A stretch of 64,000 nucleotides of DNA from Marsupella aquatica (taxonomy: Eukaryota; Plantae; Marchantiophyta), in NCBI GenBank assembly GCA_973895155.1, contig OZ316891.1:4993708-5057707 (forward strand), read 5' to 3'. The notes beneath the pieces were generated by a model, which did no database searches, was not told the DNA's origin, and saw only the letters and a program-made list of their open reading frames with translations. A program made the position numbers and the translations under genes. Position 1 is the first letter of the stretch. The number at the start of each line of letters is the position of its first letter. Shown here piece by piece: positions 50,779 to 64,000 of the stretch.

Positions 50779-51869
50779 GAGTTCATGAGGCAAGAAATCA
50801 CTTTGTGATACTGAGTGGCCATGAGCGCATTTCGCATGCTCCCCCACCAAAGAGAGGACACGAATAATAACGAAGCACTTCAAGGCTGTATGCACTTGAC
50901 TGATACTCCGTGAAAACGGGGAATGGAACAGACATAATTGTGGGCGAACAATTCGCAACTTGGCGTAGAAGACTTTCAGGGCTGGAAATATCCAGTCTGT
51001 GAGCTGAGGAAAGGAACTTTAGACTGAATGGTCTTATCATGAAGAGGATAAACTCACCAAAGAGTCGGCTGAGCAAGTGACGCATAAGTAGCTCGAAGAG
51101 GCAAAACTCATGACGGGGTCCTTGAGAAATGAGGCAAATTCAGGTCTCGTTACCTGATTGAGGCTTGTGGTCAATTGATTTGGCATGTGACTGAAAGGAC
51201 AGAACGGGATTTTGGCCATCTTACCTGTCCCAAAACTCGTGAGGCTCTGCCCAGTGGAAGGACGTGTGGACGCTGGCCTAATTTTGAAACTTATCGAGAA
51301 AGTTACCATTCATTTCACAAAACAAGTGGAAAGGAGTCTGAACTCTCGTGGTTTTCCGTACCCTTGCAGTGTAAAAGCTTCTCTTAGGGCTTTTTTCTTT
51401 TTTGAAATGGCAACCTCCAGTGGCAACGGAGCCCGAAACAACATCAACTCCATCACAACAGACGATGGACAGGCATCATATTTCCAAGCCCTAGTACATT
51501 CCCTGAGAAGATCGGACTAAAGAAACAGCAAACAAAAAGCCCGAAAATATGACAAACACAATCCCAGTTCAATGCCATCTTGTAAATCTTCCGATGGATT
51601 GTAGGGACATCCAAATCATTGCCGTAAAATCGAAACTAAGCCATAGATAGTGCCCCGATTGGAGTGGCACAAATTCTTCAGCAAGGCTCGTGAGAGTCAA
51701 AGCCACGCTGCTTTTTGTAGTCCACAGAAAACCGAATTTGTTTGGAACGGTTTTTCAATCAGATGCGAAGCAACTTCGCTTTCCTCCTCCCAACGTCAAT
51801 GCAAGAAATGAAAGATTCCAGTCCCTCTATCGCTACTTCATCTGCATTAGAGAGATTCAGAGATTCAGA

Positions 51870-52410
51870 AACATCTGGCAGCCCATGAACAATTTGCACA
51901 TCAAGGAATTGACACTGCTTTCCCTTACTAAAGCGGTTCAAAGTGCACCAAGTTAATTGTCGTCCATCTTTCTTAGAAGTATAAACAATGAGTCAAGAAC
52001 AAACAAAGTGAGAATGCCAGGAGAATGCATTTGTCCGCATCGACAACGCTATAAATAGTACAGGATTCAGACTTCTGTCCTTGATAATGTAATGCACACC
52101 TATTGACAAAAATGACGCCAATGCCAGAGAGCACTTCGAGAGCTCCCAGTCCCTACAGCTGGCGACTTCAGCTTCCTCCAAGGCCGGTCATCTATGGCAT
52201 GTTGTCACTACTGACAATTCTAATACATGAATGTGATTGTCTCGAAAGTGCATTCATGAAGATGAAACTATGGAGATGTAAAATGAGAACCAACTAATCT
52301 CTCAAGGTCAGCAACGGAGATCAGTTCTTCCCCTTCGACTAGTCTGGCGGACTTTGCGAGTACATGTCCTTTACCCGCAGGCGGCAAGTCTCTTGAACTA
52401 CCAGGAGTTC
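51870..52410 (-). pseudogene. Orphan duplicate of the 3' end (last codons + 3' UTR) of the AS8-like gene
   Basis: Colinear with 56995-57535 (e.g. cgactagtctggcggactttgcga, gcaggcggcaagtctcttg.actaccaggag). Confidence 0.8.
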
Positions 52411-52729
52411 TTGGATTACTTGTACATTGGATGGTTTATGGATTTGCCATTGTGGATGTACTCTTTGCTGAAAAGAGAAACCCCTCTTCAAATCTCAAGC
52501 ACATGTAGGATCTTGTGATATGTAGTGGGATCTCTGATGCAGATGGTAATAGAGGCCAGGATGGAGGTCTCTCCCCTTGGTGCTAGTTTACCAAATATGG
52601 TAGCTAGGGTTGTGATAATGTACGATGGCTGCCATTTATTTAGGGAGAGGGCCACCATGGGGAAACCATCCCTTCACTTGACTCACTTGACTCTACCATT
52701 GGAAATGTTCTTGGTCCATAGCTAGACAG

Positions 52730-53300
52730 AACTTGATTTCAAATATCTTGACTTTTAGTTCATTGTTTGTAAAACCCAATATGGCGTCTTCCCTTGTGGG
52801 TAGCAATTATGCTCTTAGTCCCTAGCTAGCCAAAAACTGATTTCAAATATCTTGATTTTGGCTTCATTTGTCAGTAAACCCAACTTTGTGACTCCCCCTC
52901 TTGTGGCTTTTGGGTAGTGATGCTCTTAGTCCCTGGCTAGCCAAAACTTGGTTTCAAATACCTTGAGGTTTGCTTAATGTTTTAGTAAAATCCAATTTGG
53001 GGACTCCTCCTTTGGCTAGCCTACTCCCAGGCCATATGGAGTCTTAGAAATGCACTAGAAATACATAAGTCAGCCAAAATTTAAAAAAGGCATGCAGAAC
53101 CACTCCTGTGACCACGTAGCAATATTTTCTAGTAAAACCCAATCCCAGGACTCTTCCTTCGGCTAGTGTACTACCTAGCCACAGGGAGTCTTTGAAATGC
53201 TCTACAAATACATAAGTCAGCCAAAGTAGAAAGGCATGAGAAACCTTTGGCTAGCCTACTCCCTAGCCATGTGGACTCTTAGGCCCAATGTGCATGTTCC
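52730..53300. repeat. Degenerate ~110-bp tandem repeats between the AKR copies
   Basis: Recurrent tttcaaatatcttga, agtaaaacccaat, gctcttagtccct.gctagccaaaac and aatacataagtcagcca. Confidence 0.7.
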
Positions 53301-54073
53301 CAGCCCTTCACAATGCCCCCCTAAATGTCTCACATGCCAGCAAGTCACTGAAACAGACTTACCACTTACCCAGCTGAACCTCCTATGCGCTAGGCCTGAC
53401 TGCACCATCTATGCATTTTCAAAAGCAAGGGCCCTTGCAGGTCTCTACCTTTGCCGTGTGAAAAAAACAAAAGAAACAATACACTTGTTGCAAACTCTGT
53501 GGTCATTTGGAAGTAGGGAACCATACTTGTGTGAAATTATTTTGTCAAGGAAGTGCTACATTTTCCCAAAAGTATAGGTAGCTGCATGCTTGAGGGTCCC
53601 CACATGCCAGTTGGCCTTACAAATACAGTTCTAGAAATACATGAGTCAGCCACAGTAGAAAGGCATGAAGAACCACTCCTATGACTTGCCTAGCAATACT
53701 GGTCTTGCTAGCAAGACCTCCTTTCTCCTAGTTTCATTGGGTCACGGCCATTTGGGAATTTCGTGTGCTCTTTCTCTCGTTCTGCCTTACATCGCAAGAC
53801 CGAATTTTCCATCAATTCAATGTTCGAAAAGCTACCTTCTAGAAGTTTCAAATCTCCCCACAGGATTGATTTTGTGTATGTTTAAATACGGTCCTGATGT
53901 TCAGTTCTAGATTGTCAGTCTTCCACTCCATTGAACTCTCATCTGTAACTGTGCAGTTCCACTTCAAAGGTTGTCACGTTTTCTGGAATTTCTTTGAGAG
54001 GTAGCAATTCATTGAATTCTCAAGTTGGCACTTCGACTTCGAAGGTTTTGACGTTCTCTCGATTTCTCTCTAG

Positions 54074-56071
<1,998 letters not shown>

Positions 56072-57463
56072 GGATTCATGAGGAACAAAATCACTTTTTG
56101 ATAGTGAGTGGTTATGAGTGCTCCCCCTCCAAAACGGGGACCCGAATAGAGCAAATAACGAAGCACTTCCAGGCTGTATGCAACTGACTGATACTCCGTG
56201 AAAACAGGGAAAACGGAACAGACATACTTGTGGGCGAACAATTGGCAACTTGGAGTAGAAGACTTTTAGGACTGGAAATTTGTAGTCTAGGAGCTGAGGA
56301 AAGGAACTATAGACTGAATAGTCGTATCATCAACGAGGCGGCTGAGCAAGCGACGCAGAAGTAGCTCGAACAGGAAAAACTCATAACGGGGTCCTTGAGA
56401 AATGAGGCAAGTTTAGGATTACTCTCAGGTAACGAGACCTAAGTTTGGGGATTACTCTCAGGTAACTCGTTAGGACCTAAACTTACTCATTAGGAGTTCA
56501 TGAGGAAAGAAATCACTTTGTGATACTGAGTGGTCATGAGCGCATTTTGCATGCTCCCCCTCCAAAAAGGGGACACTAATAGAGCAAATAACGAAGCACT
56601 TCAAGGCTGTATGCACTTGACTGATACTCCGTGCGAACGGGGAGAACGGAACAGACATATAATTGTGGGCGAACAATTCGCAACTTGGCGGAGAAAACTT
56701 TCAGGGCTCGAAACTCATCAAGAGTCGGCTGAGCAAGCGACGCAGAATTAGCTCGAAGAGGAAAAACTCATGACGGGGTCCTTGAGAAACGGGATTGATT
56801 GATTTGGTAACGAGATTGGTAACGAGATTGAGGCTTGTGGTCAATTGATTTGGCATGTGACTGAAAAGGACACAACGGGATTTTGGCCATCTTCCCCTGT
56901 CCCCAAACTCGTGAGGCTCTGCCCAGTGGAAAAGGACGTGTGGACTCTGGCCTAATTTTGAAACTTATCAATAAACTTACCATCCATTTAACAAAACATT
57001 TGGCAGCCCATGAACAATTTGCACATCAAGGAATTGACACTGCTTTGCCTCGCTAAAGCGGTTAAAAAGCACCAAGTTAATTGTCGACCATCGTTCTTAG
57101 AAGTATAAACAATGAGCCAAGAACGAACAAAGTGTGAAGGCCCAGGAAAATGCATTTGTCCGCATCGACAACGAATATTACAGGATTCAGACTTCTGTCC
57201 TTGATAATGTAAGGCACACCTATTTACAAAAATGACACCAATGCCAGAGAGCAGTTCGAGAGCTCCCAGTATCTACAGCTGGCGACTTCAGCTTCCTCCA
57301 AGGCCGGTCATCCATGGCATGTTGACACTACCGACAATTCTAATACATGCGTGATTGCCTCAAAAGTGCATTGACGAAGATGAAACTATGAAGATGTAGA
57401 ATCCTGACAAAGGACCAACTAATCTCTCAAGGTCAGCAATGGAGATGACTTCTTCCCGTTCGA

Positions 57464-58781
57464 CTAGTCTGGCGGACTTTGCGACTGCACGTCCTTATTC
57501 GCAGGCGGCAAGTCTCTTGGACTACCAGGAGCTCTTCCGGGACGAGGAAAGGACACTGACTGCGCCCTGGGTGGGCTCTCACTTGTTTGAGTGGTATCTA
57601 GAGCCTGCATTTGAAGCACAGGATCGTCACGGGTCACAGCCCTGTTCCGGGCATCCTGTACTTTCCGCAAAAACCTTTTCCGAGATTCCAGTATAAATTT
57701 TTCACTCCTCGGCACTTGAGTCCTGTACAAGTTTTGCATGCCTCGGTCAAATGCATTGGCTTGATTAGATATCGCTTGCCAACTTTGGTGAGCAATGTAG
57801 ACCAAGGTTGGAAAGACAAAGTTTGAAGTGGCATTAGAAGCTCCCTTGCCAGTCCAGATCATGGCTGAAGATCACACACAAGACAACCGGAACTTTAGAA
57901 AGTATCCACAAAGCGCAGCTCTGTTAACCTGCAAGTGACTTGTTCCTAAGCTGACACCTGATACACTTAAAAGCGTGAGCGTACAAGACAAAGAGGAGCT
58001 TCAGAGCCTTGAGCTTTCCACAACTATGTCAAAGAGCGTCCAATCAGCTTAGGGAGCCTCAAACGTTAGTCGGTTACTTGAGCCAGCATTTGCCCTGACT
58101 AAAACCATTGTCTGTTCACCCAAATTGTTGCAGCTCAATCGACGTTTCCAGAAAATCTGAAATAGTAGTTGACCTAGAAATACTAAGAGTGCGGATGCCA
58201 AGGCTGGCAAGAGGTCACCTGAGGCGTGAGGCCCTCGAAACGTTTTCTACGAGATTAAGAGAGGAAGATGGATAAATGGAATTTGAAGTCAAATGGAGTC
58301 CAACGGTGAACATGGTTTTGCACAAAATCAAATTAGACAGCCGACTGGCAAGGAATGCGTGCTGCCCTATACGAGGTTCTCTCATGTGAAGTAGATATCC
58401 GACGAGCTAGTCGACTTTTGATTTGGAAAATAACGAAACAGATGGATTGACTGGTGTCCAGCCATTCATAGGAGCCTCAAAGTCAGTCTAAAACTCGAAA
58501 GATTGGAATTCAATGTACCAGGGGGAGTGAGAGAGAGCACCATTCCAGGGAAGACATGTGAAGCCGCTGGCTGGTAGACCAATGCCGATGCCTATCAACG
58601 TAACCCCAACACTGAACCCCACACCGCATCCGGATCCCACGAACCCCACTGCCTCAGGACCAAATCCTGGTCCCCAGCCAATACCGCAGCCCAAACCCAC
58701 CCCTAAACCCCAGAACGCGCCGTACGTTGGATGAACGGGATTCCATCGTTTATACCTCCGAATCAAATTCATGATCGTCAT
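57464..58781 (-). CDS. AS8: Cadmium-induced protein AS8-like glycine-rich protein, 2 coding exons
   Basis: Exon 58781-58541 encodes RRYKRWNPVHPTYGAFWGLGVGLGCGIGWGPGFGPEAVGFVGSGCGVGFSVG and splices in phase to exon 57864-57464. Confidence 0.88.
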
Positions 58782-59415
58782 TTCTCCTCCTCAAACGCAT
58801 TTCACGTGAGCACTCTGGCGTTCGTTCAGTTCAATTCCAGCTCAAATCAGCACACCCACTTTGGATTCCTCTGATCCTCTACTCCTTCTCACCACTTCTC
58901 TGCTCTTAGATTTGCTCAACGCTGTCAGCTGAAAGAAACACAATTGCGACTCCCAAGTTGCCAGAAACGAAGTCAGGCGATTGCTCGTGTATTTCTTCTC
59001 AACCCAAGCCTCAGACCTCCATCATTAAAGTATAGTCGTGCAGATCAGAGCCCAGCATGAGGATGATGAGGCTGAACAGGCATGATTGCAGGAAGGCAGA
59101 GTTGCCCTACTGGCTCCCTTGAGAGCTGTGACACGAAGCGCAGATTGGGATCCGAAACATCGAGAGAATCGCTTCGAGCCTGAGCCTGAGAGAAGTGTAC
59201 CGTACACAGCAACGAACAAACCGTGACTTTGCTTTTGTTCACATCCTCGTTGACATGGATTGGAACGGCAAAATGGCGGTTGCGTTCATATCTGTCCAAC
59301 TGGATGTTGTCTTTTTTAGTCTGGGCCAACTAACTAGGAGCAACTTGCAAAGGTGCACATTAAAGAGCCCAGCCATGAGGGAACTCAGCTTAGGGGTGAG
59401 CCGCCCATGGGTCTA

Positions 59416-59538
59416 TGCACATGAAAATATGACATATAGAGTGTACCACAGCCCTCCATACCATGATAAACCTCCTTATTTTCTTTAAATCAATGAATGC
59501 ACACCGTATATTACCACATTTTGATGTGTGATTACCGG
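59416..59538 (+). mobile_element. MITE-like dispersed repeat, copy 4
   Basis: tgcacatgaaaatatg...cacattttgatgtgtgattaccgg. Confidence 0.7.
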
Positions 59539-59691
59539 GAGCGCCCACGCATCCAAGTTTGTGAAGGAGCCTTATAGCTTCTCTACTTTTCTCGCCTTTC
59601 ACACTCACGGAAAATTGTCAGCCACGGGTCAAAGGTTGAGTGCATGTCAAAGGTTGAGTGCATTTGCCAGAGCAGATACATTCGATTGAAG

Positions 59692-59803
59692 GTGAGAGCC
59701 TATTGTTGTGGTTGATTGGTCTTAATTGAATGTGAGAGCCTATTGTTGTGGTTGATTGGTCTTAATTGAATGTGAGAGCCTATTGTTGTTGTTGATTGGT
59801 CTT
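59692..59803. repeat. 40-bp tandem repeat, ~2.8 copies
   Basis: gtgagagcctattgttgtggttgattggtcttaattgaat recurs at 59692, 59732 and 59772. Confidence 0.9.
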
Positions 59804-61419
59804 GGCTGGCTGTGTCATGCTAGCTTGTGGAGGGCACATATAGTCATTGGGAGGGAGAAATGGCAGGGGGTGTTGACTCTGGGGTGTGCAGCTAGGGAAC
59901 TAAGGGGGTTCAAAAACTGGGTCTGAGAGCTGGTCCTGCTATACTCACTCCCGGCTGGGCCCATAGCAGACAGGTGGGAGAGCTTTACGGGTTGCCACTT
60001 TTTTTTTTTCTAAAGATAGGCTCCAAATAAAAAATAATTTGAAATGAAGTTCAATAAATGTCACTTCAAACTAGATCACTTCAAACAATTTTGAATTTAA
60101 AGTCCCGAGGACTGATAGGTTGTCCATGAAGTCCCTTGTGGACAAGCCAAACTTGGATGTGCTGAACTAAAACACATAAATATGCTTGGATACTAAGTTT
60201 TAACTTTATGTTCACACGTACTCTTCTGTTCACAAGTACCCTGTCATATCACCACTTCTGTACAAAGGTACAATGCACTGGCCATATGAGTATTGATTGC
60301 ACTCACCACTTCTGTCCAAAGGTACCATGCACTGGCTATATGAATATTGATTTGCATCTTTGTTGTATTCTCTTAAGATTCTTTTCCCTCAAGATAATTA
60401 TTCTAATCCTTGTTTTAGAGTTCAATAAGAAAAGATTAAATGTAAGGTTCATTTATGTATTTGAGTACTTTATCTGGCCTACGCGCTTCATATTTTACTC
60501 ACAATGCCTCACATAGTTAGTTCAATGATTGATCAAAAACAAACTAAATTATTTTTTCCTCAGGAATTTGCTATGTTTATAGTAGACCACAAAAACCACA
60601 CAGAAGGGGAAAGCAAGCAACACAATGAACCAATGGAACAATTCTCGCCAAGGGAACTAGGGGGGATCTTGATTTTCATGGAGCATTGCTCTTGTTACTG
60701 GAGTGTAGTAATTTTGCCGTTGCAAAGCTAAACAATTTGCACAACCGCTGTTATGGAATCCTACTTTTCATGGTGTTTCTCTTGCTATGAAGGGTTTTGA
60801 CTAATTTTGCTACTCCAAAGTTACCTGAAATTTTAATTTAAGGGATTATTGTTGAGAAATCATTTTTTTCAAAGAGCATTGCTCTTGTTACAAAGAGAAC
60901 CTCAAGTTTATGTGGCCTATATGGTAAATAAAATTATGTGGAGCTCTTGTTACAAAGAGAACTTTGAGCTCCACATCCTGTTCATGTGTTTGGTTTTTTG
61001 TTCATGTCTCTGGAAAGGGAAGGGAGGGGGGATTTTTATTCTATTTCTGTTAGTATAATTCTTTTCCAGGGGAGGTAGGTGTGGCCTGTGCTCGATGGCA
61101 AGGGCAGGGCAAAAGGGACTGGGGTGGGGTTTGTGTGGCAAGAGAGGGGAAAAAAGTAAGGAATGTAGGAGAGCGGGGTTTGAAAAAATTGCTTTTGGAT
61201 TGGGGGTGGGGGGAAGGGGTATTCCTTCTTGTTAGTTTGTTTTACCTTGTGATGAATCTATGCCCTCACCTGGCTCCCTACCTCCAAAATTCCTTCCTTC
61301 CCCTCCCCAAATAAAAGAACACCCCTCTATCCCCTTTCCATTCGGAACATCTCTATCCTTGTTTCGTTTGAAACATTTGATGAGATTAGCATTCTTATGA
61401 GTTGAATATAAGTCTAAAG

Positions 61420-61640
61420 AAATAAGAAGCAAGTGAAACAATGGCAAGTGAACCTGGCCTACTACCCTATCTCTATACTCCTATGAAGCCATAGTTCGGG
61501 ACATACAAGTTTAATATAATTCAAAGTAAATAAGAGGCAAGTGAAACACTGGCAAGTGAACCTGGCCGACTACCCATTCAAAGGAAATAAGAGACAAGTG
61601 AACAATGGCAAGTGAACCTGGCCGCCTTACCGTGTCTCTA
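61420..61640. repeat. Degenerate tandem repeat (caagtgaa.caatggcaagtgaacctggcc), 3 copies
   Basis: Visible copies near 61430, 61540 and 61595. Confidence 0.75.
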
Positions 61641-64000
61641 TACTCCTGGGGCTTGGGCATGAGATTTCTAGAGGGGTGAAGTATGGTTACAAAGTGGTTT
61701 GGCCTTGGCAGGCTTACCATACTAGACCAGTGAACAACAAAAACAGAAATGTGGAAATGACTCAACAGACTGAAGAAGTAGGTGCAACTGCATTTCATGG
61801 GAAGAAAAATGCAGTGGCCTATTGAGTCTGCAATAACAGACGATCAGCTGCTGTCCACGAAGGACGAAAGGTCTGTGATTATGTTAGCAACGAGCGACAT
61901 CAATGTTTTGATGCAAGGAATGCAGGAAGCTGCCAGTCTGTGAACCTATCCACCCGAGTTGACAAAAGAAGCTAGCAGGGGGTCACAATTGACAGGAACA
62001 AGATGGGAGAAGCAGAACTGGGATCAGATGAGATTGGAGGGCCACTCCACCTATTAGCCCAACTGCAACGAAGATGGATAAATCATCAACTGTCATCAGC
62101 AAGCTTGATAAGATTCTCGAAAACCAGACTAAGATCTGGGAGACGGTGGAGAAAGGCTTGGTCGGGAGGAATTTGCAGAGGTTTTGTAAGAGCAAAATAA
62201 GTGTTCCGTTGGCTTCATGAAATGGAGCGATTTGTCAAAGAAGACATGGACAGAACCTGCCCAAGCCTTATCTTTGCTGGAGAAAGAGATTCTGGCGTCT
62301 GGGCTACATTGAAGCAGGCTTAAGTGTTTCAACAGCTGTGAGTGGTCGTTTGCATTTTCGTGTGAGGCCATGTACAACAGTTACAGACCTCGGTGAGGCA
62401 TTGATGCTTCTCACCTAAAGCTATCGCGTTCACTAACAGATTCGTACCGTGGCTCCAATTATGAAAGTGTTCTCTCAATTTCTGCAAAGATTGTAGCGGA
62501 TGATGTAGTGCTTGGGGCGGGTTTGCTACTGCCCCACCTCCACCTGCAGCAAGGAAAATCACTGTTAGATGAACTCACCTGAGCGACCAATTACTCATTG
62601 CGAGAATTAGATACGCTGATGGCAATTAGCACAAACTGCTGCTGTTCTCAGAAGGTCAACAATCAGTCTTGACTGTGTGGATTCTTGCCAGGTTCTGGTA
62701 CAAGTGTTGACAATCATGACCAGGATCGTACTAGGTCTAATTTGATGGCTAAGAAGGATCCTTCCTGTTGCTCTCTGAACAGTTGACTCTTCGGGCCAAA
62801 ATTGGTAGAGAAATTTGCTGTTCAGTGCGTGAAGCCTATCCAAAAGAACTTGGTGTGGTGGGGTTTAGCCCCCGGTTTAGCTCCAGGAACCGCAAAGGAA
62901 ATTTATTTTTCGTTTGGTAGTTGTATTGGGTGTGTGCCATGCACTTCGTGGAATGAATTTTGCTGGCTAATAATTGCTCCTGATCCATTGTTTTAGTCTC
63001 TATCCATTTTAGACCTTATAAAGTCAGAAGTCACACCCGGAAGAGCATTGAGAAACTAGCGGTAGATTAATGGTACGAACGAAACGGTAAACTAATCAAA
63101 ATCTCTCATTGCCGGAGCAGTTTTGGTGCGTACGAAACGGTACACTAGCTAGTCAAACAGATTCATTGCTGTAACAATTTTCGATCAGTTTTGGAAGTAA
63201 AAATTCGGAAGACAATGTCATTGTGGTGGAATTTGCAAGTGGAATTCGACTTCCAATCACCTACCGAAGTAAGTTTCATGTTCTTACATTATTTTCCGCA
63301 TGCCATTGAAAGTGCCAGATTCTTGGGGCTGACGACGTCATTAATTCATCCCGCTACGACCTTGCATCAATTTGAACACTCAATCATCCGTTTCAAAGCT
63401 CTGTCGTTCGCTGTCGTTAGTTGTTGGATATGATCTTCCAGGTCCCTTGTCACTAATTGGGCAACGGGCCCAATCTAGTCAGCCCATGCAGGTAGCGCGT
63501 GAACTGTACACACGTCCTTGCCTAGCTTTGGAAAGACGCCAACTAGATAGTGTGGCTAATGGACTGTTGATAGCTATCGCAGCTTGGCATGGGTGTTTAC
63601 TGCCTGTCCATAACGAATGCTGCATCGATTGGTGCTAATCCAACAATTGTACTACGACAATCTCAACAACCGCCCACCTGCTTGCCGTGTTCTGCATGCC
63701 ATGCCCTTCTCGGCCGGTGAGGCCTCAGTCTGGAAGGTTTATTGAGCGATTCGACATCCCAGTGACACACGCTATGGACTTGACTTGCACGAGCCGGTTA
63801 CTGATCGTTATCTTGCGTTCAATTCCGTGGTTCGGAAACCTCGGCGGGTCAGAGGGAGAGCGTAGATCATGCTAGACCTGCCTTGAATCAATTATGCTCC
63901 TGTTCATAGTTTACTTCATTTACACAACTCTTTTGAAATATAGTTTAGTATGTCTGCAAGTTCTGTTCGAGAGTGAACCTTCCTTTCGTTCCAGTTACCG

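Noticed and set aside
59692-59803. 40-bp repeats as a CRISPR array
   Set aside because: The copies are head-to-tail with no unique spacers, there are no cas genes, and the context is eukaryotic.

Overview
Nuclear DNA of a land plant. GT-AG introns, compact genes and the gene set suggest a bryophyte-grade plant, but the species cannot be determined from the sequence. Nine apparently intact spliced genes were reconstructed by hand: APX6/APX-R peroxidase, a secreted PSY-like sulfotyrosine peptide precursor, a small acidic conserved protein, a three-repeat MYB, an At4g37920-like plastid protein, an NFD6/NOXY2-family protein, two tandem aldo-keto reductases, and cadmium-induced AS8-like. Two further genes are intronless: neprosin/DUF239 and asparagine synthetase. 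There is also a frameshifted LRR-ectodomain/WAK-type-kinase receptor pseudogene with a decayed partial duplicate. Between the genes lie an LTR-retrotransposon 5' end (LTR + tRNA-iMet PBS), two solo LTRs with 5-bp TSDs, a four-copy MITE-like repeat and several decayed repeat blocks. The most notable observations are (1) a peptide precursor with a PSK-like two-Cys/RxLAA-DY context and a PSY-like mature peptide, sitting directly upstream of an LRR-WAK chimeric receptor, with a neprosin protease gene nearby; (2) a short 3R-MYB carrying a cyclin-type destruction box; (3) an array of candidate alternative terminal micro-exons in the NFD6-like gene; and (4) loop-focused divergence of the recent AKR duplicates. 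All exon structures and family calls come from manual reading and recalled motifs, not database searches.
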